A DNA stretch of 64,000 nt from Clostridiales bacterium (lineage in GTDB: Bacteria > Bacillota > Clostridia > Oscillospirales > CAG-382): NCBI GenBank assembly GCA_003452915.1, contig DMMZ01000042.1:22482-86481 (forward strand). Direction: 5' to 3'. The position numbers and the translations under genes were made by a program. This document shows positions 10,885 to 20,788 of this stretch, in pieces (position 1 is the stretch's first letter; each line of letters begins with the position of its first letter). The notes under the pieces are model-generated. The model was given only the letters and a program-made list of their open reading frames with translations, was not told where the DNA came from and did no database searches.

Positions 10885-10921
10885 AGACAACGGAAAATAA
10901 CCGTTGTCTATAATTTTTATT
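10885..10921. terminator. Rho-independent terminator between convergent genes
   Basis: agacaacgg / ccgttgtct 9-bp stem with a 7-nt loop, followed by ataatttttatt. Confidence 0.65.
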
Positions 10922-10932
10922 ACGATTTATTA

Positions 10933-11622
10933 TTATACCATCATCGGGACAAGACTTGTTCTTTCTGCTATCGCTCTATATATAAGTTTATGTCCTTCTT
11001 TATTTGGATGAATTCCGTCCTCGCATAGGTAATCGGTTATACTGTTTTTTTGATTAAAGAAAATGCTTCTTATATCAAATAGGGGTAGGTTAAATAACTT
11101 TGATATCTGTTTTACAGCATCACTATACATTGACTGCCAGCGTCCGATATGCTCAACGTCCCCCAAAAACCCCAGTATTTTTTCTTTATCCAGACCCTTA
11201 CTTACCCAATTAAAAAATCGCTTTGAATCTATCGGCGGAAGTGTAACCAAAACAGGACGGCTTCCTGCTGCTTGAATTTTTTTTATCATATAAATATATT
11301 TTTCCTTGAAATCCTCAATAGGTGTGTTACAATCGTGATTAATATCGGGATTTTCTGCTACTGCTGCCCAGTTAAAATCACAATCGTTTCCACCGAACTC
11401 TAGAAAGGTATAATCGTAATTTTTCAGCTCATTTTCTACCTTTTCAAGCAGATTCATCCCTTTAGTAATTGTACAACCAAAACAAGCTATGCTTTCTATT
11501 TCAATATTACTATGCTGTTGAATCATATTTATAAAATTATCTTTAAGCATAGAATATCTCTGCTTTTTACTGTCATAAATCACGCCTTTTACTATAGAGT
11601 CACCGAATACACAAACTTTCAT
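10933..11622 (-). CDS. SGNH/GDSL hydrolase family protein
   Basis: MKVCVFGDSI (block I Ser), FGGND, and C-terminal DGIHPN (catalytic His). ATG 11622 with an AAGGA RBS is preferred over the longer track start at 11673. Confidence 0.8.
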   Translation of the reverse strand: MKVCVFGDSIVKGVIYDSKKQRYSMLKDNFINMIQQHSNIEIESIACFGCTITKGMNLLEKVENELKNYDYTFLEFGGNDCDFNWAAVAENPDINHDCNTPIEDFKEKYIYMIKKIQAAGSRPVLVTLPPIDSKRFFNWVSKGLDKEKILGFLGDVEHIGRWQSMYSDAVKQISKLFNLPLFDIRSIFFNQKNSITDYLCEDGIHPNKEGHKLIYRAIAERTSLVPMMV

Positions 11623-11765
11623 AAAAATATCCTTTACATTGTATAATATGATAATCGATATTATATTACGCAATTAACAATATGTCAAGAGGGAAATTTA
11701 ATTATTTACAAATAATAAAAATTATGATATAAATAATATAAGCATAATAAATCGGGGGCAGAAAT

Positions 11766-12344
11766 ATGGAATCGATAAAAGAATTAAAAGAAAAACTGCG
11801 TACAACAAGGCCTGTAGGCTGGGAGCAGTTTCCCGATATTGAACTATATAAAGATCAGGTGCTTTCGTATATGCAAAGGCAGGCTCTGCCCTCAGAGGGT
11901 GAGGAAGCTTTGACAGGTGCGATGATTAATAATTACATTAAAGCTGGTGTGCTTCCTCGTCCGAACGGAAAAAAGTACGGAAAAGAACACCTTGCGTTTT
12001 TAACTGCAATTTGTGCATTAAAGCCTGTAATGAGTGTTAATAACATGGAATATTTGCTGGGCAAACAGGGTGGAGATGTTGATGCAAAGAGTTTTTATGA
12101 GCTTTTAAACGAATATATTGACAAAGCCATGATCGATACAGCTAATAATCTGGACAATAACCTTGAAGAAAATGATTTACCCGAATATATTTTATCCATT
12201 GCCTTACAGGCAGCAGGTTTAAGAATAATATGTGAAAGTCTTTTGCATATTATGCGTCAATCAGATAATGAAAAAGAAAAGGAAAAAAAGACGCAAAACG
12301 GCACTAAAAAGGAAAAGAAGGAAAATAAGGACGATAAAAAATAG
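11766..12344 (+). CDS. DUF1836-like protein with a Lys/Glu-rich tail
   Basis: LTGAMINNYIKAGVLPRPNGKKYGKEHLAFLTAICALKPVMSV matches my recollection of the Firmicutes DUF1836 signature. The tail is a low-complexity KEKEKK stretch. Confidence 0.6.
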   Translation: MESIKELKEKLRTTRPVGWEQFPDIELYKDQVLSYMQRQALPSEGEEALTGAMINNYIKAGVLPRPNGKKYGKEHLAFLTAICALKPVMSVNNMEYLLGKQGGDVDAKSFYELLNEYIDKAMIDTANNLDNNLEENDLPEYILSIALQAAGLRIICESLLHIMRQSDNEKEKEKKTQNGTKKEKKENKDDKK

Positions 12345-12410
12345 CTTGAAGTCTTGATTTACCGCCAATAATAGTTTTGTAACAAATTATTATCGGAGGA
12401 AAATTTTTAA

Positions 12411-13007
12411 ATGAAAAAAACCACTGTAGTTTTTAAATCGATATTATCGTTCTGCCTTGCTTTTTTAATACTTTTAACAATCGATTGCTTTGTTCCGCGT
12501 GATGAAAATAAGATTTATGAAAGCGTTATAAGACTACATATTTTAGCTAACTCGGATTCCGACAGTGACCAGCAGCTAAAATTAAAAGTCAGAGATGCTA
12601 TAATAGCCGAAAGCGGTGACCTTTTTACAGATGTTGAATCAAACGAGTTGCCGCTTGACCAGATGGAAGAGCTTGGAACGCAATTTGCGCAAATAGCAAA
12701 CAGGGTTATTTCAGAGAACGGTCAAAATTATACTGCACAAGCGCAGTGGGGTAAGGAAGCATACCCAACCCGTGAATATGATGGTATCTCTTTTCCGGCT
12801 GGTGAATATTACTCGTTGAGGATAAACATGGGTAACGCTGAGGGACATAATTGGTGGTGCGTTCTGTTTCCGCCACTTTGTACAAACGCTTCCTCTGCTA
12901 AAAAAAGTCTTATCAACATGGGTATAAGTAATAACGGAACAAAGGTTTATACCTCAAAGAAGTATGTTTTTAGATTTAAGATACTTGAATTATTTTACAA
13001 AGGTTGA
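12411..13007 (+). CDS. spoIIR: Stage II sporulation protein R
   Basis: Signal/TM N-terminus followed by the hallmark IRLHILANSDSDSDQQLKLKVRDAI, and NWWCVLFPPLC. Confidence 0.9.
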   Translation: MKKTTVVFKSILSFCLAFLILLTIDCFVPRDENKIYESVIRLHILANSDSDSDQQLKLKVRDAIIAESGDLFTDVESNELPLDQMEELGTQFAQIANRVISENGQNYTAQAQWGKEAYPTREYDGISFPAGEYYSLRINMGNAEGHNWWCVLFPPLCTNASSAKKSLINMGISNNGTKVYTSKKYVFRFKILELFYKG

Positions 13008-13048
13008 GAAGTCAACCTTTACATATATACATAGAAGGGGATTTCTAT

Positions 13049-16000
13049 ATGCTTCACCGAGTGATGGGCAGAGCAGGCAGTGGAAAAACTGAATATATGC
13101 TGCTAAAGCTTGAGGAAGCGTTTAGAAAAGGCAGAAAATGCCTTTACATTGTTCCCGAGCAGCAATCGCTCTCTGCTGAGAAAAAGCTAAGCGAATTTCT
13201 CGGTGACGGTTATAACATGAGCATTGAGGTACTTAACTTTGAACGTCTGCCCAATAGAATTGCACGTGAATATGGGAACCTAGCTGTAAAATATATTGAC
13301 GATGGTGGCAGAGATATTCTTATGTCCCTGACGCTGGACAGCCTTGCGGACAAGCTTGGCGAATATAAGAATGTCAGCGCTAACAGCGATTTTGTAAAGA
13401 GCATTATTTCGGTAATAAATCGATTGAAAGCAAGCGGCGTTTCATATGAAAAACTTTCCGAAGCAGCCGAAAATGGTATTGTTAAATCTAATGGGCGTTT
13501 ATATTCCAAACTAAAGGATATTTCTATTATCTATGAGAGCTATCAAGAGCATTTCTCGCAGGATTTAATTGATCCATGTGACGCTTTGACTATGTTAGAA
13601 AGCGAGCTTGCAGAGTATTCATTTTTCAAGGATTACATTGTTTTTATAGACGGATATTACACCTTTACTGAACAGGAATATGCGATAATTATGCATATTG
13701 TAAGACAAAGTGAAGATACATATATTTCCTTCACGTGTGATAATCAAGAAAGTGCGTTATTTAAAGACAATCTGGCAAGTGCAAACAGAATAAAAAGGCA
13801 TACAGGCGGAGTAAGCAACGATATTTACACAAGTGAGTGTAAACGGCATTCCTCGTCGCTGCTTTCTCATATTGAAAAATATCTATGGGAGGTCGAAACT
13901 TCCGTTCTTGGAGAAATAAACGATTCGGTTCGTATCATTGAAGCAAAAAATAGCTTTGAGGAAGCGGAAGCCATTGCATCCGAGATTATAAGGCTTTCAC
14001 GTGAAAAAGGGTTGCGTTACCGTGATATTTCGCTTGTATTCGGAGGATTATCCGAATACGAGGGGATAATTGACGTTGTGCTTGAAAGAAATAATATACC
14101 ATTTTATATGTCGAAAAAGGATGAACTAAGTACAAAACCGCTACTCTCGTTTATTTTTGCCTGTCTTGAAGCGGTTATTACCGATTTTACTGTTTCCAGT
14201 ATAAAAAAATTTATCAAGACTGGTTTTACGCCCCTTTCTGTCGGAGAGAGCGACATTCTTTTACGTTATGCCGAAATGTGGGATATAAGAGGTAAAAAAT
14301 GGTATGACGGCAGCGAATGGCAGATGAACCCAGACGGTTACTGCGAGGTACTTTCTTCATATAGTGAGCATATTTTGCTTGTTGTAAACCGTGCCAAAGA
14401 AAAAATAATGCCTTATCTATCTAATTTAAGGCAGACTCTTATTCAAAAAGACATAACCATTTCAAGTGCAGTAGAAGCGTTGTATAAGCATCTTATTGAT
14501 TGCGAAGCTGACAAGAGGTTGTTGGAGAAAGCACAATACCTGCGTGATAAAGGTGACGAGGATGAAGCGCAGAAAGAACGACAGCTCTGGGATATGCTGA
14601 TGAATATTTTTGATCAACTTTATAAAATAAGCGGTACTGAGAAGGTAAACGCAAGCAAACTATACGAGCTTCTTAAGTTGATGTGTGACGAATATACCGT
14701 CGGATCAATTCCGACCTCGATTGATCAGATAAGAATAGGTGACGCTTCTCTTTTTCGTCCTGACGATTGTAAAGCACAGATACTAGGAGGTGTTATCGAT
14801 GGAGTTTTTCCAGCTTATGCAAGTGGTGATAACTTTTTCGAGGATGATGAGTTGATGTTGCTTGAAGAAGCAGGCTGTAATATCGGTGTTCCTAAATTCG
14901 AACAGCAAAACAGAGAACGCTTTTTATTTTATACCGCAGCAGCTGCGCCTTCGGATTATTTAATTCTTACATATCCAGTTAGCGATTTTTCGGGTACACA
15001 AAAACGCCCTTCGCTTGCGATAACAAGGATAAAAAAACTGCTTCCTTTAATAAAAACTATCAGATTTGGGCAAGACCAAACCGATTTATTGTATTCAAAA
15101 GAATCAGCGGCATTTTTCTATCAGACAATCAAGGATAACAATATAAAAATTTTTACACATAACTTACTTATTAATAAAGGTGTAAGAATTTCACAGAATA
15201 CTACACCGCTTTTTGACAAGAACGCATACATAAATATGCAGGAAAAGCAGATCAGCTTCTCGCCAAGCCGTATCGAAAGGTACGGTTATTGTGCTTTCTC
15301 TTATTTTGCAGGTTATGTTCTTAGGCTTAAAAAGAACAAGAAAATTAAGTTTTCTACTCCTGAAATTGGCACTTTTATTCATAAAATTCTAGAGCAGTTT
15401 CTGATTGAAAAAACAAAAGATGGTGTTTTTTCTGTTCCGAGCGAAGAGGAAATAAAAGAAGTGGTAAATTCGCTGGCAGAGAAGTATTTCTTAGATGTTG
15501 TCGGTGGGCTGGAGGGTAAAAGCAGACGTTTTACTCATACTTATACAAACCTGAAAAAGACACTAAACCTATTGCTTCATAATCTTTCGGATGAGTTCTC
15601 GCAGAGTGATTTCCTGCCTGTCGGATTTGAACTTAAAATTGGATATAACGAAGTAAACAGCCTTCCTCCTGTAAGTTATGACTTAGGGGATGAAAAGAAG
15701 GTTGTTGTCAGAGGTTCAATCGACAGGGTGGACACCTATACTACAGGTGGAATTACATATGTCAGGGTAGTTGATTACAAGACTTTTGGAAAAGAATTTT
15801 CACTTGATTTGATTAACGAGGGTATTGATACTCAGATGCTAAACTATCTGTTTGCTTATTGTGCCGCTGGGGATAACAGAAAACCTGCTGGGATACTTTA
15901 TTATGCCGCAAAGCTGCCGACAATAAACATTGACGGCGACGAGAGCGACGATGAAATAAAAGAAAAGCTGCACAGAAAATTAAAGCGGACAGGCGTTATT

Positions 16001-16282
16001 CTAAAAGATCAGAATATAGTACTCGCAATGGACAAGAGCGGCAGTGGTGCTTTTATCCCTGTAAAAATAAAAAAAGACGGAACATATCACGATAACTGCG
16101 AAAAACGGCTTTTGGAAAGTGACGGCTTTTCCGAGCTTGAAAAAAAACTGTCAAAGCAGATAATTTCACTTGCAGAGCGTGTTTTCGACGGTGATATGTG
16201 TATCAATCCCAAACGACTGGATGATATACATGACGCGTGTAAATACTGCGATTATAAAGCGGTTTGCCGATATACGGAGTAG
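13049..16282 (+). CDS. addB: Helicase-exonuclease AddAB, subunit B
   Basis: Walker A GRAGSGKT at the N-terminus. The C-terminus has a PD-(D/E)XK nuclease with Fe-S cysteines (CAFSYF ... DACKYCDYKAVC). ATG 13049 has a GAAGGGG RBS. Confidence 0.92.
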   Translation: MLHRVMGRAGSGKTEYMLLKLEEAFRKGRKCLYIVPEQQSLSAEKKLSEFLGDGYNMSIEVLNFERLPNRIAREYGNLAVKYIDDGGRDILMSLTLDSLADKLGEYKNVSANSDFVKSIISVINRLKASGVSYEKLSEAAENGIVKSNGRLYSKLKDISIIYESYQEHFSQDLIDPCDALTMLESELAEYSFFKDYIVFIDGYYTFTEQEYAIIMHIVRQSEDTYISFTCDNQESALFKDNLASANRIKRHTGGVSNDIYTSECKRHSSSLLSHIEKYLWEVETSVLGEINDSVRIIEAKNSFEEAEAIASEIIRLSREKGLRYRDISLVFGGLSEYEGIIDVVLERNNIPFYMSKKDELSTKPLLSFIFACLEAVITDFTVSSIKKFIKTGFTPLSVGESDILLRYAEMWDIRGKKWYDGSEWQMNPDGYCEVLSSYSEHILLVVNRAKEKIMPYLSNLRQTLIQKDITISSAVEALYKHLIDCEADKRLLEKAQYLRDKGDEDEAQKERQLWDMLMNIFDQLYKISGTEKVNASKLYELLKLMCDEYTVGSIPTSIDQIRIGDASLFRPDDCKAQILGGVIDGVFPAYASGDNFFEDDELMLLEEAGCNIGVPKFEQQNRERFLFYTAAAAPSDYLILTYPVSDFSGTQKRPSLAITRIKKLLPLIKTIRFGQDQTDLLYSKESAAFFYQTIKDNNIKIFTHNLLINKGVRISQNTTPLFDKNAYINMQEKQISFSPSRIERYGYCAFSYFAGYVLRLKKNKKIKFSTPEIGTFIHKILEQFLIEKTKDGVFSVPSEEEIKEVVNSLAEKYFLDVVGGLEGKSRRFTHTYTNLKKTLNLLLHNLSDEFSQSDFLPVGFELKIGYNEVNSLPPVSYDLGDEKKVVVRGSIDRVDTYTTGGITYVRVVDYKTFGKEFSLDLINEGIDTQMLNYLFAYCAAGDNRKPAGILYYAAKLPTINIDGDESDDEIKEKLHRKLKRTGVILKDQNIVLAMDKSGSGAFIPVKIKKDGTYHDNCEKRLLESDGFSELEKKLSKQIISLAERVFDGDMCINPKRLDDIHDACKYCDYKAVCRYTE

Positions 16283-16291
16283 GTATATAAT

Positions 16292-16646
16292 ATGAACACA
16301 GTCGAGATTATTGACTATTGCTTATCGAAACCCGGAGCATATTTGGATTTTCCATTCGGTGAAATTCCCGTTTGTGTAAAGGTTGGAAATAGATTGTTTG
16401 CTCAATTGTATACAAAACCTCAGAATTATAAAATCACTCTGAATTGCGATAAAAATACAGGTGAATATTATAGAGGTTTATACCCTGATGTTGTTGTTCG
16501 CGGTTATCATTGTCCACTAATACAGCAGCCGTATTATAATACTGTATACCCTTAACAAGATAGTGTCAGATGAAGAACTGATCAAGATGATTGATCACTC
16601 ATATGAAGTGGTTGTTTCAAAACTGCCAGTGAAGTTAGCAAAATGA
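16292..16646 (+). pseudogene. MmcQ/YjbR-family protein, frameshifted
   Basis: The 16292-16555 ORF (CLSKPGAYLDFPFG...ITLNCD...YNTVYP*) matches the YjbR pattern but stops early. The +1 frame from 16551 reads LNKIVSDEELIKMIDHSYEVVVSKLPVKLAK* to 16646. This is the expected YjbR C-terminus (compare E. coli YjbR ...WSTVYLDGSLPDSQI..LVDASY). The shift is at CCC 16549-16551. Confidence 0.65.
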
Positions 16647-16674
16647 ATTAAAAGATACCAAAGAAGGTGAATAA

Positions 16675-19600
16675 ATGACCTGGACAGAGTCCCAAAGGAA
16701 TGCAATTGAAGCTAAGAATAAGACACTGCTTGTTTCTGCCGGAGCCGGAAGCGGTAAAACTACTGTGCTTACACGCAGGTTGACCGAACGAATTCTTACA
16801 GGAGATTCGGTGGAGGACTTTCTGGTTGTTACCTTTACCAGAGCAGCGGCAGGTGATTTAAAAGAGAAGCTGTACAATTCGCTCACCGTTGCTATTACGG
16901 ACATGCCGCAAAACCGTCATCTTTTCAATCAGCTTTTTCTGCTTTCGGGTGCTAAAATAAGTACAATACATTCATTTTGCTTTGATATTATAAAAAAGAA
17001 CTTTTCCGTACTTGGTTTATCCCCGAAAATGAGGATTGCAGACGATACCGAGGTTAAAATTATCGCCCGAACCTGTATGGAGGAGCTTGTTGATACTCTG
17101 TATGAGCAGGATGACGAGTATTTTATACTGCTTGTCGACAATTTCGGCGGTGAAAAGAGCGATGACGAGCTTATCGAAAAGCTTCTGTCGCTTTATGACC
17201 GGCTAAGAGCATTTCATAATTATAACGAATGGCTGGAGGAACAAAATATTCAATTATATGCTCAGGCAGAGCTTGTAAAAACAGGCTTTTTCAATACTGT
17301 AATTGGAGATAAAATAAAAGAAAAAGTATTTTTTTGGCTAGAAGAAACAAAAGCGGCAACAGAAGAGCTTATGTTATTTTTATCGCATAACGCAGAAAGT
17401 GAAGCTAATATTTTACCTGTCGAAGTGTTATATAACCACATAGAATTATTAATTAACTCCGCAGAAATTAGTTATAAATCACTTTATACCGAATTCCTGA
17501 ATGCAGGAAGATTGCCGCCTTTAAAAACAAAAGGGATGAGCGAAGAGGACGCGGACTATTTAAAAAATGAAAAAAGCAGGATAACAAAAGAATTAACTCG
17601 TATTAAAAAGGCATTTTGTAGTCTCTCCGAACAGCAGATATCCGAGGATTATCAAAATACCGCACGGATAGGAACAGCTTTGAATAATGTGTTGAAACAA
17701 TTTGATTCGCTTTATTCGGAAGCAAAAAAGAAGCGTGCTATTCTGGATTACGCCGATCTGGAACATTTTCTTGCAAAATTGTTGGAGGAAAAAGACGAAA
17801 ACGAAGTTTATTACCCATCGGAATTATGCGAACGTTTGAAAAAGAATATAAAAGAAATTTACATAGATGAATATCAGGATGTAAACCCCTTGCAGGATCA
17901 TATTTTCACTCTCCTTTCACGCTCTAACAACCGCTTTATGGTCGGAGATATCAAGCAGAGCATTTATCGCTTTCGTAACGCATATCCTGATATCTTTGTC
18001 AATTATAAAGAGAGTTTTCCTGATTTTAACAATAACGAATCAGCTTATGCCAGAATATTTTTAAAAGAAAATTTCCGTTGCGGAAAACCGATTATAGACT
18101 TTGTAAACAGTATTTTTGCAGAAGTTACCTCAGGAAACCGCTTTAATAAGGAATACGAGGGTGAGGAGCTTGTTTACGCAAAGAAAAGCGAATCGGTAAT
18201 ATATCCTGTTATGGTAGCTTTATCAACATATGACGAAACATATAAAGATAAAGAAATAAAGCAGAATGTAAAAGAAAAAGAAGCGGACTTTATTGCTGTT
18301 GAAATAAAACGTCTTGTAGGACATCAGAAAAAAGAAGATGGTAGTTATATAAAATATAGCGATATCGCACTGCTTTTTTCAGCGGTGAGAGGGCGTTCAC
18401 ATATCTTCGAGCAGTCACTAAGGCGAAAGGGAATTCCCTGCATGACCGAACAGGATGAGAGCCTTTTTTCACTGCCTGAGATTATGCTTACTATATCCGC
18501 ATTAAAGACGGTGGATAATCCTACCGATGACATTTCACTTTGCGCTCTGATGAGAAGTCCGATTTACAATTTTACCGTCAATGAGCTTTACATAATACGT
18601 TCGAAAAATTTTGGTTTATCAACGTATGATTCGGTTGTTGCGGCATCCTGCTTAGGGACATTAAAACGTACAAGATTAAAAATCGGTGAATATCTTATTA
18701 AAGATAAAAGGGCAAGCGAACCAAAGTTTATTATAAAAAAATGCTGCAACTTTCTTTCGGAATTAAACTTCTACCGTACAAAAGCACAAGGAATGTTATG
18801 TTATAAATTCCTGTGGCTTTTCTATATGCGGAGCGGGCTTTTATCAAGTGCTTCTTCATTTGAGAATGGCGAAAAATGCAGGGAAAATCTACTTTTGCTA
18901 TATCAATACACACGAAATTTCGAAAAAACAGGTTTTAAGGGACTTTCATCTTTTATATTGTATATCAGCGAAATAGCAGAGCGTAGCGGAGACCTTTCTA
19001 ATGCAAAATCCTGTGAACCCGAAGGGGATTTTGTTCGAATAATGTCTATACACAAGTCAAAGGGATTAGAATTTCCTGTCTGTTTTGTTGTAGATGCAGC
19101 CAGACAATTTGGCAGTAGGGATGCAGGTGGCGACTTGATGTTATCACGAGAGCTGGGTATAAGCTGTCGTTTAAAAGATGCAGAAAAGCTGACAAAAAAA
19201 GATACATATTTACGTAGAATATCTGCGGTAGCAGATATTGATGCTTCGATGAACGAGGAGCTGCGTAAGCTCTATGTAGCGTTAACCAGAGCGAAAGAAA
19301 GATTATATATAACTGCCTGCGTACCGGCTGATTATAATGAAAAAAGATATAATCCGCTTGCGGCAAAATCCTTCTCCGATTGGATTTTACAAACGGTGAC
19401 AAACTGCGAAAAGGACTTTTATAATGTTTACATAATACCTGATGATATAAATAATATGTATGTTAAAACAGGTTTAATAACAGATAAAAACGATTTTTCA
19501 CAGGATAAAACAGATTCATTATTATTAGAAAAAGTAAAAAGCAATATTGATTTTATCTATCCACATTCCGATTTATTCGGTATACCTGCAAAGCTATCTG

Positions 19601-20217
19601 TTTCCGAATTGTCGCTTAACGGTGACAAAAAGTCACATATCAATCAAAAAATGATTCTATGTCGTCCTCAATTTTTGGGTAAAAGTGCAGATTCAGGAGC
19701 TAAGAAAGGGACTGCAAACCATATTTTTATGCAGTTCGCAGATTTTGGTTTTATTGATAAATATGGTGTGACAGAAGAAGCAAAAAGGTTATTAAATACC
19801 AAAATGATTACCGAAGAACAGTTTGACCTGCTGTCTTACCGACATCTTGAAGCATTTTTTACATCTGATTTATATAAAGAATTTACGTCAGCAATATATT
19901 TGTATCGTGAAAAACGCTTTTCACTTAGTGAGAGTGCCGAGATAGTCGGTGGTCCAAAAGGTGAGAACATTCTCATTCAAGGTGTTATCGATTGCTTTTT
20001 TGAGAATGTGGATGGCAGTTATACTCTTGTCGATTATAAAACCGACTTTTTACCCACAGAGGGCGGTGAACAGATTCTTGTTGAGCGACACGAAAAGCAA
20101 CTAAAGTATTACTGCAAAGCGGTAAGCGCAATGACAGGAAAAAAGGTAGCAAGAGCAGTACTGTATTCATTTTCACTCGATAAATCGATTGAGGTAAAAA
20201 TCAATGACAAAATTTAA
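16675..20217 (+). CDS. addA: Helicase-exonuclease AddAB, subunit A
   Basis: UvrD-type helicase motifs (AGAGSGKTTVL, DEYQDVNP, VGDIKQSIYRFR) and a C-terminal RecB-type nuclease (GVIDCFF...LVDYKTD). Confidence 0.95.
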   Translation: MTWTESQRNAIEAKNKTLLVSAGAGSGKTTVLTRRLTERILTGDSVEDFLVVTFTRAAAGDLKEKLYNSLTVAITDMPQNRHLFNQLFLLSGAKISTIHSFCFDIIKKNFSVLGLSPKMRIADDTEVKIIARTCMEELVDTLYEQDDEYFILLVDNFGGEKSDDELIEKLLSLYDRLRAFHNYNEWLEEQNIQLYAQAELVKTGFFNTVIGDKIKEKVFFWLEETKAATEELMLFLSHNAESEANILPVEVLYNHIELLINSAEISYKSLYTEFLNAGRLPPLKTKGMSEEDADYLKNEKSRITKELTRIKKAFCSLSEQQISEDYQNTARIGTALNNVLKQFDSLYSEAKKKRAILDYADLEHFLAKLLEEKDENEVYYPSELCERLKKNIKEIYIDEYQDVNPLQDHIFTLLSRSNNRFMVGDIKQSIYRFRNAYPDIFVNYKESFPDFNNNESAYARIFLKENFRCGKPIIDFVNSIFAEVTSGNRFNKEYEGEELVYAKKSESVIYPVMVALSTYDETYKDKEIKQNVKEKEADFIAVEIKRLVGHQKKEDGSYIKYSDIALLFSAVRGRSHIFEQSLRRKGIPCMTEQDESLFSLPEIMLTISALKTVDNPTDDISLCALMRSPIYNFTVNELYIIRSKNFGLSTYDSVVAASCLGTLKRTRLKIGEYLIKDKRASEPKFIIKKCCNFLSELNFYRTKAQGMLCYKFLWLFYMRSGLLSSASSFENGEKCRENLLLLYQYTRNFEKTGFKGLSSFILYISEIAERSGDLSNAKSCEPEGDFVRIMSIHKSKGLEFPVCFVVDAARQFGSRDAGGDLMLSRELGISCRLKDAEKLTKKDTYLRRISAVADIDASMNEELRKLYVALTRAKERLYITACVPADYNEKRYNPLAAKSFSDWILQTVTNCEKDFYNVYIIPDDINNMYVKTGLITDKNDFSQDKTDSLLLEKVKSNIDFIYPHSDLFGIPAKLSVSELSLNGDKKSHINQKMILCRPQFLGKSADSGAKKGTANHIFMQFADFGFIDKYGVTEEAKRLLNTKMITEEQFDLLSYRHLEAFFTSDLYKEFTSAIYLYREKRFSLSESAEIVGGPKGENILIQGVIDCFFENVDGSYTLVDYKTDFLPTEGGEQILVERHEKQLKYYCKAVSAMTGKKVARAVLYSFSLDKSIEVKINDKI

Positions 20218-20602
20218 AGAGAACTCAATAACAGCCACATCGATAAAAAAACAACGCTGGGATATAGTAAAAGAACTTAATAAATCGCAAAAAAGAGGCT
20301 GTGTGTTGGATGTACTGGAACTTGAAGGCAGTTATGCGCTTGATAATTCGGAAGAGATATTTGAAAAATTAACTGTCTGCGATCGGCTTACAGTTTGCGA
20401 AAGCAACGATGCTCCGAATAAAGAAATGCTGACCGTTATGACAGAGGAAGGTAAGACTGTCGGATTTTTACCTGGCAGCATTTCAATTTTGCCAAGACTT
20501 TTATTAAACAAAGGTTGTGGGATTTATTGTTATGTGGAATACATTGATTTTACCAATAAATTGCTCACCATTGTAGTATCGCTATACGTTAATAATTATT
20601 AG
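20204..20602 (+). CDS. Hypothetical protein coupled to addA (possible HIRAN-like fold)
   Basis: ATG 20204 has GAGG 9 nt upstream and overlaps the addA stop (20215-20217) by 14 nt. The pattern LTVCESNDAPNKEMLTVMTEEGKTVGFLPGSISILPRLLLNKG resembles the HIRAN core (v.L.rep.N..D.nAi.V....g..iGylp...a..l..ll), by eye only. Confidence 0.55.
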   Translation: MTKFKENSITATSIKKQRWDIVKELNKSQKRGCVLDVLELEGSYALDNSEEIFEKLTVCDRLTVCESNDAPNKEMLTVMTEEGKTVGFLPGSISILPRLLLNKGCGIYCYVEYIDFTNKLLTIVVSLYVNNY

Positions 20603-20722
20603 CAGAATAGCGTGTATATTGCTGAAAAATTATATTTAAGTGCCGATGTTACAGTTTATTTACAGTAAATTAAAATCGTAATGTAGAAATACAACCTTTA
20701 TCTGAATAAAATATAATTAAAG

Positions 20723-20749
20723 TTAGCAAAATAAACACATGAGTGCTAA
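20723..20749 (+). promoter_or_regulatory. CIRCE-like inverted repeat (possible HrcA operator), imperfect
   Basis: TTAGCAAAA-N9-GAGTGCTAA compared with the consensus TTAGCACTC-N9-GAGTGCTAA. The right half is perfect. Only TTAGCA is conserved in the left half. It lies 40 nt upstream of the hsp20 ATG. Confidence 0.45.
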
Positions 20750-20788
20750 CTAAAAATTTAAAATATTTATGTAAAGGAGTTATTAACC

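Noticed and set aside
12300-12344. A Lys/Glu-rich repetitive tail of the DUF1836-like protein, considered as a possible separate feature.
   Set aside because: It is an in-frame low-complexity C-terminal tail and has no independent signal.
16545-16555. Programmed ribosomal frameshifting as an explanation for the YjbR, methyltransferase and GNAT breaks.
   Set aside because: There is no slippery heptamer with a downstream structure and no known precedent in these families. Simple homopolymer indels, either mutation or assembly error, explain all the sites.
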